Below are positions 12,197 through 22,565 of a stretch of 64,000 nucleotides of DNA, one piece after another; position 1 is the first letter of the stretch, and every line of letters starts with the position of its first letter. This stretch comes from an uncultured Gemmatimonadales bacterium (GTDB taxonomy: Bacteria > Gemmatimonadota > Gemmatimonadetes > Gemmatimonadales > GWC2-71-9), in the NCBI GenBank assembly GCA_963730185.1, contig CAVSQW010000012.1, positions 96,001 through 160,000 of the forward strand. The letters run 5' to 3'. A program made the position numbers and the translations under genes. The notes beneath the pieces were generated by a model. The model worked only from the letters and a program-made list of their open reading frames with translations, had not been told where the DNA came from and did not search any database.

Positions 12197-12955
12197 ATGC
12201 ATCGTTCGAGCTGGTGGATACTGATCATCACGGCCGTCGCGGCCTGCCGCGCCAGCGGACCCGATACCGGCGAGGAAGGCGGCCGGTTTCGGGCCACCTA
12301 CGGACCGGCGACGGCGGAATTCGCCGAATTCCGTGATCGGTTGGTCACCAACCAGTTCCTGGACACCGTTGCCATCCGGCTCAACGACTCGCTCCGAATC
12401 CCGAAGGACATCACCCTGGCGACCTCGCACTGCGAGGAACCGAACGCGTCGTACGACCCGATCACCCGCCGGGTCACCCTCTGCTACGAGCTGTTCGAGA
12501 GCCTCGGCGAGCAGTTCGGCTCCGAGACCGGGGGCGAGTATCTCGTGGCGGGGACGATCGTGTTTGCGCTCATGCACGAGACCGCGCACGCCCTGATCGA
12601 CGTGCTCGACCTGCCCACCACGGGTCGGGAGGAAGACGCCGCCGATCAGCTGGCCACCCTGCTCCTCCTCGACGAGGGCGCCACCGGCGACTCGCTCGCC
12701 TTCGGCGCGGTGGGCTGGCTGGCCACCAACGCGCACGCCAACCCGCTCGACACCCTGGCGTTCGCCGACGATCACGCGCTCGACATCCAGCGGGTGTACA
12801 ACATCCTCTGCCTGATATACGGACGTGACCCGTCGAAGTACCCGGAGGTAGTCGAGGACGGCTGGCTCCCGGTCCAGCGGCGCGACCGCTGCCCGGCGGA
12901 ATACCAGCGCCTTCGCGACAACTGGCGCCAGCTGCTGGCTCCCTACCACCGCTGA
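12197..12955 (+). CDS. DUF4344-like putative metallopeptidase lipoprotein
   Basis: Lipobox VAAC; CEEPNASY, LCYEL, HETAH (HExxH), GREEDAAD, R.YNILC..YG. Confidence 0.82.
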   Translation: MHRSSWWILIITAVAACRASGPDTGEEGGRFRATYGPATAEFAEFRDRLVTNQFLDTVAIRLNDSLRIPKDITLATSHCEEPNASYDPITRRVTLCYELFESLGEQFGSETGGEYLVAGTIVFALMHETAHALIDVLDLPTTGREEDAADQLATLLLLDEGATGDSLAFGAVGWLATNAHANPLDTLAFADDHALDIQRVYNILCLIYGRDPSKYPEVVEDGWLPVQRRDRCPAEYQRLRDNWRQLLAPYHR

Positions 12956-12967
12956 CCCGGCTCCGGG

Positions 12968-14569
12968 CTAGCGATTCAGCCGCCCCGAGGTGTTGAAGAC
13001 GAAGCCCTTCCCGATGGCGAGCTCCCATCGCGGCCGGCCGATGCCATCGCCGCCGATCCGGGCCAGGTCCACCCGAACCGGCTCGAGCCCCGAGGCGATG
13101 GTGAGGCCGAACCGGAGCCCCACCCCCACCGAGTAGCCGGTCCTCCGGGGCGAGCCATGATACCAGGCCCCTCCGTAGTCCGCGAACGCCGCCAGGCCGA
13201 GCCCCGCCGAGCGGAGCAGGTTGTCAGTCAGGGTGTAGCGATACTCGGTCGTGAGCAGGAAGGCCCGGTCGCCGGTGAAGGCGTGGGCGTTGAACCCCCG
13301 TGGGCCGACGTCCAGCCCGAGATCGAACTCGGCCCCCGGCGCCGGGCGCCGCTGCCATCCGTGGGAGGCGTGGAAGACCACCATGTTCCGAGGATTCGGC
13401 TTGATCACCGCCATCCCGCCGACGCTGACCGACCCGGAGTCGAGCCCGGCGCTCGTGAACCGTCCCAGCGCCGAGGCATTGAGCCGGGCGAAGCCGCCCC
13501 GCCAGCCGATTCCGGTCCCCAGGACGACGTTGGGCACCACCCCATCCTCGGCATACCCGAATGCCCGGGGCGTGAGGTAGACGCCGACGTGCACCAGGGT
13601 GCTCAGGTCGATGTCCTCCTGCCGCCCGAAGCCGGCGAACCCCTCGCTGACCAGAAAGCGCGCCGACCGCCACTGGAGGTAGGCGCCGACCGCCCCGGTC
13701 AGGGTGTGGGCCAGCGTGTCGCGGACTCGCTCCACGGCGTAGTCGTCGCGGCGAATCTGGCCCGCCACGCCCCACCGGACATAGCCCCTGGGACTCGCAA
13801 TCGGCGCGAACGACACCCCGGCCGACCCGAGCCAGAACCGCCGGGACAGGGTATCCCGCGCCACCGGGTTGCCCTCGAAGAACCGAAGGATCCGCTCGTC
13901 CCGCTCTTCGCCGGTCGCGTACCAGCTCATCGGCGTGGAGAGCGAGAAGAACGGCTTGGTCAGGGCCGCGTATTCCACCCGCCCGTCGGAGCGGCGGTCG
14001 TAGAGTGCCGAGATCCCCACCGTACCGGCGATCAGCCGCTGGCGCTGGAACTGGGTCAGGACCGCGGTCCGGTCGGGCTCCTTCCGGTAGCGAACCCCGA
14101 GCAGGGTGGCGGTGCCGAGGAGATTGAGCTCGTCCAGGGCCACCGACCAGGTGGTGCTGCCACCCGAGAGCTTCAGGCGGGCATCGGCTCGGGTGCTGAA
14201 CGCGTCGCGGGTCCGGACCTGGAGAATCAGCCCCGAGTCGGTCCGGACCGAGTCGATCCGCACCAGCTGGAACACCCGGAGCGCCCGGAGGTTGCGCTCG
14301 GTCTCGGCCACCCGGGCGGAGTCGTACACGTCGCCGGGGCGGAGGAGGAGCTCCCGCCGGACGATGCCGTCCCGGGTGGTAAAGTGGAGTCCGTTGGCGA
14401 GAGCGGGGATCAGCCCGTGCGCCTCGGAGTCGGGGAAGACGTCGTCGGTCCGGATCTCGATGGCGCGGATTCGCGCCGAGCTGGAATCAGGTGTTTGCGC
14501 CGCCGCGGTCCGGGCGCCGAGAACAAGGGCGACCAGCGCTCCGATCGGGGCGAGTCGAGACGGCGTCAT
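12968..14569 (-). CDS. Omp85/BamA-TamA-like outer membrane protein (POTRA + beta-barrel)
   Basis: Signal peptide, TR..IVRRELL..GD.YD..ETERNLR POTRA motif, PRGF loop, EYRY, FADYGGAW, GVGLRF. Confidence 0.8.
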   Translation of the reverse strand: MTPSRLAPIGALVALVLGARTAAAQTPDSSSARIRAIEIRTDDVFPDSEAHGLIPALANGLHFTTRDGIVRRELLLRPGDVYDSARVAETERNLRALRVFQLVRIDSVRTDSGLILQVRTRDAFSTRADARLKLSGGSTTWSVALDELNLLGTATLLGVRYRKEPDRTAVLTQFQRQRLIAGTVGISALYDRRSDGRVEYAALTKPFFSLSTPMSWYATGEERDERILRFFEGNPVARDTLSRRFWLGSAGVSFAPIASPRGYVRWGVAGQIRRDDYAVERVRDTLAHTLTGAVGAYLQWRSARFLVSEGFAGFGRQEDIDLSTLVHVGVYLTPRAFGYAEDGVVPNVVLGTGIGWRGGFARLNASALGRFTSAGLDSGSVSVGGMAVIKPNPRNMVVFHASHGWQRRPAPGAEFDLGLDVGPRGFNAHAFTGDRAFLLTTEYRYTLTDNLLRSAGLGLAAFADYGGAWYHGSPRRTGYSVGVGLRFGLTIASGLEPVRVDLARIGGDGIGRPRWELAIGKGFVFNTSGRLNR

Positions 14570-14596
14570 GTCCCGGCACCGCGCCCTGGGCGCGGG

Positions 14597-14866
14597 TCAG
14601 GCGAGGCTCTCGAGCAGCCGCCACAGCTCCTGGGCGCTGAACTCGTTGAATCGTCTGAGCAGATCGTCCTCGGTCCACTCGACGAAGATCCAGCCGGTCG
14701 AGCGAGAGGCGTCGTCGTCACCCACGAAATGCACCCGGGCGCGGACCGGCCGGGTGTCGGTTCGGGTCTCGAGATACACCCGCCACGCCGCCCCACCTCG
14801 GGCCAAGTCGCCGAGGTGTCGCGCGCCGGGAAGATTGGGGAGCTCTGCGGGCGACGTCTGGGTCAT
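14597..14866 (-). CDS. Hypothetical protein (89 aa)
   Basis: MTQTSPAELP...RSTGWIFVEWTEDDLLRRFNEFSAQELWRLLESLA; GGAG RBS; protein-like composition. Confidence 0.7.
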   Translation of the reverse strand: MTQTSPAELPNLPGARHLGDLARGGAAWRVYLETRTDTRPVRARVHFVGDDDASRSTGWIFVEWTEDDLLRRFNEFSAQELWRLLESLA

Positions 14867-14977
14867 GGCGGACTCCGCGAGAGTGCTCTGGATGGTAGCG
14901 GCCCCACGGAGGCCAAACAAGCGGCCCGGACGGGACGCTGGCTCCGATCCCCCTGTCGGGACTAGATTTTCGGCCCC

Positions 14978-15748
14978 ATGACCGCTCCCGTTACCACCCC
15001 GTGTCCCAACTGCGGCGCGCCGACCTCGGGCAACTTCTGCACCGAGTGCGGTACCCCGGTGGGACGACGCCGCTGCCGGGTCTGCGATGCCGACCTGAGC
15101 CCCGGCGCCCGCTTCTGTCATCGTTGCGGTGCCGAAGACCGACCCGGCGTCGCGCCCCGGCGCGAAAAGACCGCCTGGTACTTCGCCGCCGTCGCCTCCC
15201 TGCTCGCTGTGGCCCTGGTCGGTTATTTCCTCGGCCGCGGCAACACCCCCAAGCCGGTGGTCCCCGACATGGAGAACGCCGGGAACGCCGGGGGCGTGAC
15301 CAGCGCCCGGGCGCCCGACATCAGCCAGATGACCCCCCGAGAGCGGTTCGACCGCCTCTTCGACCGGGTGATGGGCGCGGCCGAGCGTCAGGCCACCGAC
15401 ACCGTCACCATGTTCGCGCCGATGGCGATCGGCGCCTACCAGCAGCTGCCCCAGGTTGACGACGACGCCCGCTATCACGCTGCCATGATCTACCTGGCCG
15501 TCGGCGAAATGGCCCAGGCCAAGGCCCTCGCGGACACGATGTTGACCGACGTGCCCAACAACCTGCTTGCCTACATGGTCCGGGGTGAGGCGGCCGAGCG
15601 CGAGAACGACAAGGCGGCGCTGGCCAAGGCCTACCAGGGCTTCCTGACCCACGTCGACGCCGAGCTCAAGTCCGGCCGGCAGGAATACGCCCAACACCGG
15701 CCGGTCATCGACGATTTCCGGATCCGGGCCGAAGCCCAGACGCGGTAG
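14978..15748 (+). CDS. Double zinc-ribbon membrane protein with TPR-like C-terminus
   Basis: CPNC/CTEC/CRVC/CHRC, one TM helix, helical C-terminal region. Confidence 0.8.
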   Translation: MTAPVTTPCPNCGAPTSGNFCTECGTPVGRRRCRVCDADLSPGARFCHRCGAEDRPGVAPRREKTAWYFAAVASLLAVALVGYFLGRGNTPKPVVPDMENAGNAGGVTSARAPDISQMTPRERFDRLFDRVMGAAERQATDTVTMFAPMAIGAYQQLPQVDDDARYHAAMIYLAVGEMAQAKALADTMLTDVPNNLLAYMVRGEAAERENDKAALAKAYQGFLTHVDAELKSGRQEYAQHRPVIDDFRIRAEAQTR

Positions 15749-15767
15749 CCCCCAGCCCCCGACTCGC

Positions 15768-16604
15768 ATGCTGATTCGCGTTGCCCACAGCCCCGACTCC
15801 GACGACGCCTTCATGTTCTACGCCCTGGCCGAAGGGCTCGTCGACACCGGTGATCTCGAGTACGTCCACGAGCTCTCCGACATCGAGTCCTTGAACCGGC
15901 GGGCCCTGGCCGGGGAGCTGGAGGTGACGGCGGTGTCGATCCACGCCTACGCCCATCTCGCCGACCGCTACGCCCTGCTGAACAGCGGCTCGTCGATGGG
16001 CGACGGCTACGGCCCCCGCCTCGTGTCCAAGGGCCCGGCGCCCACCGACCTCCGGGCCGCTCTCCGGGGCCAGCGGGTCGCCGTGCCGGGCACCCTGACC
16101 ACGGCGTATCTGGCCCTGAAGCTCCTCCAGCCCGACATCGAGCCGGTGGTGATGGCCTTCGACCAGATCGAGGACGCGGTCCTGGCCGGCAAGGTCCCGA
16201 TCGGCCTTCTGATTCACGAAGGCCAGCTCACCTACACCGACCTGGGCCTGAATCTCTGGGGCGACCTCGGCGCCCTCTGGCTCGAGGAAACCGGCCTCCC
16301 CCTCCCCCTCGGCGGCAACGTCGTCCGCCGGGACCTGGGGCCCGAGGTGATCGCCCAGATCGCCCGCGACCTCAAAGCGAGCATCGAGTACGCCCTCGAT
16401 CATCGGGCGGCCGCGCTGAGCCATGCCAAGCAGTTCAACCGGGGCATCAGCGACGAACGGACCGACACCTTCGTCGGGATGTACGTCAACCAATGGACGG
16501 TCGACTACGGGCCCCGGGGCCGGGAGGCGGTCCAGCGGCTGCTCGATCGGGGGTTCGAGGCCGGCCTCCTGCCCCGCAAACTCGAGGTCGACTTCGTGGG
16601 CTAA
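15768..16604 (+). CDS. mqnD: 1,4-dihydroxy-6-naphthoate synthase (futalosine menaquinone pathway)
   Basis: AHSPDSDDAFMFYAL, DIESLN, GDGYGP, PGTLTTA, LLIHEGQ, LPLPLGG, MYVN. Confidence 0.9.
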   Translation: MLIRVAHSPDSDDAFMFYALAEGLVDTGDLEYVHELSDIESLNRRALAGELEVTAVSIHAYAHLADRYALLNSGSSMGDGYGPRLVSKGPAPTDLRAALRGQRVAVPGTLTTAYLALKLLQPDIEPVVMAFDQIEDAVLAGKVPIGLLIHEGQLTYTDLGLNLWGDLGALWLEETGLPLPLGGNVVRRDLGPEVIAQIARDLKASIEYALDHRAAALSHAKQFNRGISDERTDTFVGMYVNQWTVDYGPRGREAVQRLLDRGFEAGLLPRKLEVDFVG

Positions 16605-16693
16605 CCCCACCCCGAGCCTTGCCGCCCCGGGGCAAACCCAGCAGATTCCGCCACTTAGACCTGACCGCGAGCCTGCCAGTGGGATCGACTCCC

Positions 16694-17791
16694 GTGGAGT
16701 CAGCTGCAGCGCCATATCCGTCGCTTTCGGGCGGCCACAAGGGTCCGGTCACCGTCCTCGTGGTCGACGACGAGGAGCCGATCCGGAGCGCCCTCAAGCG
16801 CTTCCTGTCGCAACAGAGCTTCGAGGTCTTCACCGCCGCTGACGGGGTGGAGGCGCTGGAGGCCCTGGAGCGCCACAAGATCGCGTGCGTCCTGCTGGAC
16901 GTCAGGCTCCCGGACGCCAGTGGGGTCGATCTCGTCCCCAAGGTGATCGAGCTCGAGCCCAACGTGGCCGTGCTCATGCTCACCGCGGTGAACGATGCGG
17001 CCAGCGCTGCCCTCTGCATGCAGCGGGGGGCCATGGACTATCTCACCAAGCCGGTCGACCTCACCGACCTGCTCCGCGCCATTCAGCGGGCGCTCCGACG
17101 GCGGGACACGATGATCGAGAGTCAGCAGATCAACCACTGGCTCAAGGAAGAGGTCGCCATCCGGACCGCCGAGCTCCGGATGGAGCGGGCCAACCTGGAG
17201 CGGATCTCCGTCGCGACCCTCGAGGCGCTGGTCAACGCCCTGGAGGCCAAGGATCCCTACCTCCGCGGCCACTCCGCCCGGGTGGCCGACCTTGCCGCCA
17301 CCGTGGCGGCCGAGCTCCGACTCGACGAGGAAGAGGTGGAGCTGGTTCGGACCGCCGGCCGGCTCCACGACATCGGCAAGATCGGGATTCGCGAGGAGAT
17401 CCTGAACAAGCAGGGTCCGCTGACGGACGAGGAGTTCGAGCACGTCAAGCACCACACCATCACCGGATCGCAGATCCTGGCGCCGCTCGCGCACCTCAAG
17501 CACATCATCGACATCGTCCGAAGCCACCACGAGCGGTGGGACGGCAAGGGCTATCCCGACGGTCTGACCGGCGAAGCGATCCCCCTCGGCGCCCGGATCA
17601 TCGGCGCGGTGGAGATCTACGACGCGCTCACCACCTCTCGACCGTACCAGGAAAAGATGGTCCCCGAGCTCGCCATCGAGCGGCTCCGCGACCTGGTCGG
17701 CACCGTCATCGACCCGAAGGTTCACCGCGCCCTCCAAGCCGTCGTCGCCCGCCGAGAGGCTCTGATCTTCCTCGACGACTCGCGTGGCTGA
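16694..17791 (+). CDS. Response regulator with HD-GYP cyclic-dinucleotide phosphodiesterase domain (RpfG-like)
   Basis: REC (VVDD, LLDVRLP, KP) followed by GHS.RV, HDIGK, HHERWDGKGYP, DAL..RPY; start estimated. Confidence 0.92.
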   Translation: MESAAAPYPSLSGGHKGPVTVLVVDDEEPIRSALKRFLSQQSFEVFTAADGVEALEALERHKIACVLLDVRLPDASGVDLVPKVIELEPNVAVLMLTAVNDAASAALCMQRGAMDYLTKPVDLTDLLRAIQRALRRRDTMIESQQINHWLKEEVAIRTAELRMERANLERISVATLEALVNALEAKDPYLRGHSARVADLAATVAAELRLDEEEVELVRTAGRLHDIGKIGIREEILNKQGPLTDEEFEHVKHHTITGSQILAPLAHLKHIIDIVRSHHERWDGKGYPDGLTGEAIPLGARIIGAVEIYDALTTSRPYQEKMVPELAIERLRDLVGTVIDPKVHRALQAVVARREALIFLDDSRG

Positions 17792-18836
17792 TCCCGCCGC
17801 CCTCCGGGTCCTCGTCGTCGAAGACGACCCCGCGATGGTGGCGATCGTTCGACATCTGCTCCAATCGGCTGGGTATCAGCGGATCACCACCGTGACCACG
17901 GGCGCGGAAGCGCTGGCGCGGGCGGACGACACCGACCTGGTCCTGCTCGACCACCAATTGCCCGACACCACCGGCATCGACCTGGTGCCCCGTCTGGTCG
18001 CCCGGCCCGATCCGCCGTCCGTCATCATGGTGACCGGCGCGGGCAACGAGACCCTGGCGGCGGCCGCGCTTCGGGCCGGCGCCGAGGACTACCTCGCCAA
18101 GGACGGCAACCTCCGGGCCCTCCTGCCCCAGATCGTGGAGCGAACCCGCCGGCACCGAGCCCTCCGCGAGGCCCAGACCGCGGTAGAGGAAGAGCTGGTC
18201 CGGGCCGAGCGGCTGGCGGCGATCGGCGAGATGACGGTCACGCTGCACCACGAGATCAACAACCCGCTGATGACCGCCTCGGCCGAGGTGGAGCTGCTGC
18301 TGGCCGATCCCGGTTTGGACGAGGCCCGGCGAGAGTCGCTCGACTCGGTGCGGCTCGCCCTGGGCCGGATCCGGGACATCATCCGCCAGGCCGGCGAGCT
18401 CCGTCAGGCGGCGAGTGACGACTACCTGGCCGGACTCCGGATGATCCGGCTGTCGTCGGACGCCGCGACGATGCCGCATCGAGGTCGGGCCCTGCTCTGG
18501 ATCGCCGACGAAGAGGTGGCCCGGCTCACCGCGCTGTTACTCCGCCACCACGGGTTCACGGCCGAGCGGGTGAGCTCGCCCCGCGAGCTGGCCACCGGGG
18601 CGGAGCGACTGGGGGTCTCGCTGGTAGTGTTGTCCGCGGCGGGCTCCGCCGACCCGGCGGATGCGCTCGCCGGCTTCACGCCCGCTCCCGAGCGGAGCTA
18701 CGCTCTGGTGGCCCTGGTCTCCGGCGACCTGACCGGCGCGCGGGCGGCCGGCGCCGACCGAGTCGTCTCACTCCCCTTCGATCCCGCCACCTTGGCGGAC
18801 GAGCTGGTCGGCGCGGTCGACGGACCGCGGGGCTGA
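17784..18836 (+). CDS. REC-HisKA-degenerate REC signalling protein lacking a HATPase domain
   Basis: VVEDD..LLDHQLPD..YLAK; H-box HHEINNPL; no N/G1/G2 boxes; C-terminal GADRVVSLPF receiver-like end. Confidence 0.8.
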   Translation: MADPAALRVLVVEDDPAMVAIVRHLLQSAGYQRITTVTTGAEALARADDTDLVLLDHQLPDTTGIDLVPRLVARPDPPSVIMVTGAGNETLAAAALRAGAEDYLAKDGNLRALLPQIVERTRRHRALREAQTAVEEELVRAERLAAIGEMTVTLHHEINNPLMTASAEVELLLADPGLDEARRESLDSVRLALGRIRDIIRQAGELRQAASDDYLAGLRMIRLSSDAATMPHRGRALLWIADEEVARLTALLLRHHGFTAERVSSPRELATGAERLGVSLVVLSAAGSADPADALAGFTPAPERSYALVALVSGDLTGARAAGADRVVSLPFDPATLADELVGAVDGPRG

Positions 18837-18846
18837 GGCCGGCCAG

Positions 18847-20286
18847 TCAGGCGCGGGCCAGCCGCGGGAGCGACGGATCGTCGCCCGCGGTCGGGCTCCG
18901 TTCCCAACGGCGCTCCTCGGGGACCAGGTGCCGGATGCTGTTGGCGTAATACTCCAGCAGCGGGCGCGCTCCCGGCTGGATTACCAGACTCTCTCCTTCG
19001 CGCATCACCCACCGCCGCCGGTGCAGGGTTCGCCAGGCCCGGTCCCAGAGGTCGGCCGAGGTGCGCTCGGCGCCGACCAACCGGGAGTTGAAGGCGCTGA
19101 GCCATTGGCGGAGCTGGTCGATCCGCGGCCCCAGCGCCGCGACCGGCACCACGCTGGCCTGGAACGAGAGGAGGGCCGCCGCCACCAGGGGCACCGGCGT
19201 CACCGGGAGAATCGCGCCGATCCGCGCCATCAGCTCGTCGGCCAACGCCCGGACGGCTGGACGCCTGGCCTCCCAGGCCTGGTCGAGCACCCCAGCCCGC
19301 CCGGATCCGAACCAGGCCCGCACCGAGACCGGAACGCCGACGTTGACCGCCACTCGCCCGTAGCGCCGGCGCTGGCCGACCAGAAGCCGAACCAGGTTGC
19401 CACCCACGAAGCCCAGCACGCCGAACAGCTGGGCCCCTCGTGAGGGCGGCCGGTCCCCGACCACAAGCTCCCGGGTCAGCGATCGATCCTCCAGCACCCG
19501 GTCGTAGTTGAGGCCGATCGGCACCAGCCAGACGTCGCCCTCGAAGGCCGGGTCCCGAATGGTGCGGACCACCGCGTCGAGCAGGCCCACCTTCGGCGGA
19601 CGGAGGGTCCCGTCGCGGGTGAGGCCGCCTTCGGGAAAGATGCCCTGGGTAACCCGGTTGCGGGTGATCAGCTGCACGTACCGCTCCAGGACCACGTGGT
19701 AGAGCGGCTCCCGGAACCGGCGTCGCACGAAATACCCCCCGCAGGTCTTGAAGAGGTACTCCAGCGGCCAGGTCCGGGCCCACTCACCCACCGCCCAACT
19801 GATGCTCACCAGGCCCGCCAGCACGTAGACCAGCACGACGTAGTCCATGTTCGAGCGGTGATTCACGAGGTAAACCACCACGTCGCGACGGGGGAGAGTC
19901 CGGATGCGCTCCTCGTCCTCGTAGTCCACCGACACCCGGTAGAACAGCCGGCTCAGGAAGCGCGACACCCCGTAGGCGAGCTTGTAGTAGGAGAGCACCT
20001 TGAAGAACGGGACGATCTCGTCGACGTACCGCTCGACCTTCCGTCGCGCCTGGTCCGGCGCGACCCTCTCGGTCTCGACGTGCCGCCGGGTCGCCTCGAG
20101 GACGAGGGGGTCGTCGAGCAACGAGGTGCGCACCACCCGGCGGTCTTCCAGCTTGTAGCGGTCGAGCCGGGCCCGGAACCGGAGCACCGTTTGCCGGGCG
20201 TTACGGCGGAGCCAGCGGCGGAACAGCACGGCCAGCGCCAGGAGAGCCAGCAGACCGCCGACGGCAAGGGGAACGAGTGGCGGCAC
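18847..20286 (-). CDS. Glycerol-3-phosphate acyltransferase-like (PlsB/PlsC family) protein
   Basis: NHRSNMD (HX4D), GGYFVRR, IFPEGGLTRDG, VPIGLNYD; GTG start estimated. Confidence 0.85.
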   Translation of the reverse strand: MPPLVPLAVGGLLALLALAVLFRRWLRRNARQTVLRFRARLDRYKLEDRRVVRTSLLDDPLVLEATRRHVETERVAPDQARRKVERYVDEIVPFFKVLSYYKLAYGVSRFLSRLFYRVSVDYEDEERIRTLPRRDVVVYLVNHRSNMDYVVLVYVLAGLVSISWAVGEWARTWPLEYLFKTCGGYFVRRRFREPLYHVVLERYVQLITRNRVTQGIFPEGGLTRDGTLRPPKVGLLDAVVRTIRDPAFEGDVWLVPIGLNYDRVLEDRSLTRELVVGDRPPSRGAQLFGVLGFVGGNLVRLLVGQRRRYGRVAVNVGVPVSVRAWFGSGRAGVLDQAWEARRPAVRALADELMARIGAILPVTPVPLVAAALLSFQASVVPVAALGPRIDQLRQWLSAFNSRLVGAERTSADLWDRAWRTLHRRRWVMREGESLVIQPGARPLLEYYANSIRHLVPEERRWERSPTAGDDPSLPRLARA

Positions 20287-20300
20287 GCCGGCGGCGCGGC

Positions 20301-21314
20301 TCAGGCGCTCACGGCCTTCGCCTGCTGATAGGCCATGCCCTTGAGCCGGGTCACCCGCTGGGCGATCGCCGGGTGGCTGGCGAAGGCGCCCAGGAAGCCC
20401 TCCTTCTGCGCCAGCCGGCTGGCGGCCGGATCGACGATGCACATGTGAGCGGCGCCCCGAGCGATCGAGCGGGTCGGCGCCGTCGCGGCGTCGAGCTTCT
20501 CGAGGGCGCTGGCCAGGGCCATCGGATTCCGAGTGAGCTGCGCCCCGGTGGCGTCGGCGAGGAACTCCCGCTTCCGGCTCACCGCCATGGCCAGGAGCCG
20601 GGTGACGATCGGAGCCACCAGCAAGGTGATCAGCCAGAGGCCGAGCACGATCAGGCCGAGCGGGTTACCACCCTTCTTGCCGCCCCCGCGCGACCCACCT
20701 CGACCGCCCATCCGGCCGCCGAACCGGAGAAAGTTGCGCATCAAGTCGGACATCAGAACGATGGCGCCGATCATTCCGGCCAGCAGCGTCATCAGCCGCA
20801 CGTCGTAGTTCCGGATATGGGCCATCTCGTGGGCGATCACGCCTTGGAGCTCGTCCCGATTGAGCGCCTGGAGCAGCCCTTCGGTGACCGCGATGTTGGC
20901 CCGCATCGGGTCGGCCCCGGCCGCGAAGGCGTTGGGATCCGGATCGGGCACGATCCAGATCTTGGGCTTGGGCGTGCCCGACGCGATCGCCATCTCCTCC
21001 ACCACGTTGACCAGCTGCTTCTGCTCGGGCGTCGCCGGCTCCATCAGCTCCCACGCCCCCGCGGCCTTGAGCACCTGGTGAGCGCCGTTGTGCCAGGAAA
21101 ACCAGGCGATGCCCGCGGCGAGCCCCATCGCCGCGAGCCCGATGAAGGGAATCACGTGGTGGTAGCGGTCGGGCGGCAGGTCGCGGGTCAGGAGATAGAA
21201 CGCAAGATCGCCACCGAACCCGACCCAGGCGGTGAAGAGGACGAACCCCACCGTGAGCCAGGTCGAGCGGCGGCGATTCGCGGCCTGCTGCTCGAATAGG
21301 TTCGGTTCGTTCAC
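20301..21314 (-). CDS. htpX: M48 zinc metalloprotease HtpX
   Basis: PNAFAAG, ELQGVIAHEMAH, SRKREFLADA, SHP. Confidence 0.92.
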   Translation of the reverse strand: MNEPNLFEQQAANRRRSTWLTVGFVLFTAWVGFGGDLAFYLLTRDLPPDRYHHVIPFIGLAAMGLAAGIAWFSWHNGAHQVLKAAGAWELMEPATPEQKQLVNVVEEMAIASGTPKPKIWIVPDPDPNAFAAGADPMRANIAVTEGLLQALNRDELQGVIAHEMAHIRNYDVRLMTLLAGMIGAIVLMSDLMRNFLRFGGRMGGRGGSRGGGKKGGNPLGLIVLGLWLITLLVAPIVTRLLAMAVSRKREFLADATGAQLTRNPMALASALEKLDAATAPTRSIARGAAHMCIVDPAASRLAQKEGFLGAFASHPAIAQRVTRLKGMAYQQAKAVSA

Positions 21315-21886
21315 GCCGCCGGTGGCTTATTGAACCCCAGGTCGACCTTCGGCACTGCGCGCTCCGACTCGTCCTCGATCTGCCACAGCTCCGCCGGTGA
21401 CGCCTTGGCGAGCCCCGCGACCAGGTTGGTCGGGAACTGCATCTGCTTGGTGTTGTAAAGGGTTGCCTCGTCGTTGTAGAGCTGACGGGCGAACGCGATC
21501 TTGTTCTCGGTGCTGGTCAGCTCCTCCTGGAGCTGGGCCACGTTGCCGGTGGCCTTGAGGTCGGGATACGCCTCGGTCAGCGCGAAGAGCCGGCCCAGGG
21601 CCTGGGTCAGCTCACCCTCCGCCTTGGCCGTTTCCTTGACGCCCTGCGCGCCGATGGCGCGGTTCCGCGCGGAGATGACCGCCTCGAGAGTCTCCTTCTC
21701 GAAGTTCATCGCTCCCTTGACGGTCTCAATCAGATTCGGGATCAGATCGTGGCGCCGCTTGAGCTGCACGTCGATCTGCTTCCACGCGTTGAGCACCCGG
21801 TTCTTGAGCGCGATGAGGTTGTTGTAGGCGCCGATGACCCAAAACACCAGCACCACCACGACCACCAGGAAAATCAGCATCCCCAT
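21311..21886 (-). CDS. lemA: LemA family protein
   Basis: YNNL, W.QIDVQLKRRHDLIPNL, EAYPDLKA, TENKIAFARQLYN, FPTNLVA. Confidence 0.95.
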   Translation of the reverse strand: MGMLIFLVVVVVLVFWVIGAYNNLIALKNRVLNAWKQIDVQLKRRHDLIPNLIETVKGAMNFEKETLEAVISARNRAIGAQGVKETAKAEGELTQALGRLFALTEAYPDLKATGNVAQLQEELTSTENKIAFARQLYNDEATLYNTKQMQFPTNLVAGLAKASPAELWQIEDESERAVPKVDLGFNKPPAA

Positions 21887-22050
21887 CGTGGAGGCCTCCA
21901 CCTCGAAGGTGAACCTGCCAAGCTGCGACCGACCGACCACCAAAGATGGGGCACCCGGCCCCGGGGGGGGAGGGGCGGCCGCGCAATCGGGGTCCGCGCT
22001 GTACAAAAAGGATGACGGCGCGGGGGGTCCGTCGCCCGATGTTGCCTAGC

Positions 22051-22491
22051 ATGGATCGCGGAACTCGAGGTATGACGCTTCTGGAAGTTCTTGTGGCGCT
22101 TTCGCTTATTGGCGCTTTGGCCGGGCTTGGGTTCGCCACCGCCGCCCGCTGGCGCGACCGGGAGTCGGTGGAGACGGCAGCAGGGCGGCTGCTCGAAGCG
22201 TACCGGAGGACCCAGTCGGTGGCGCGCGCCTGGGGTCGGCCGGCGGAGCTTCTGGTCACGCCGGACTCGCTGATCATCCGGGCGGTCTGGCTGGGGGAGT
22301 CTACCGAGGTCTGGCGGGGGCCCGGTCCGGGGCTGGCGGGCGTCGGGCTAGCTCCCAGCCGACACGTCGCCGCGTTCCTCCCGAGCGGACTGGCCACCGG
22401 GGCCTCGAACGTGACCCATGTGTTGACCCGTGGAGCGGCACACCGACGGGTGGTGGTGTCGCGGATCGGGCGGGTGCGGGTGGGGCCGTGA
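22051..22491 (+). CDS. Type IV prepilin-like protein (GspH/FimT-like)
   Basis: Class III signal RG-MTLLEVLVAL with E5; C-terminal VVVSRIGRVR. Confidence 0.8.
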   Translation: MDRGTRGMTLLEVLVALSLIGALAGLGFATAARWRDRESVETAAGRLLEAYRRTQSVARAWGRPAELLVTPDSLIIRAVWLGESTEVWRGPGPGLAGVGLAPSRHVAAFLPSGLATGASNVTHVLTRGAAHRRVVVSRIGRVRVGP

Positions 22492-22565
22492 TGTCGGGCG
22501 GGGCCGAAAACCGGCGCTCGGGCCGGGAGTCAGCCGGCCCGAGCGTCGCGAGTCAAGAGTCGCGC

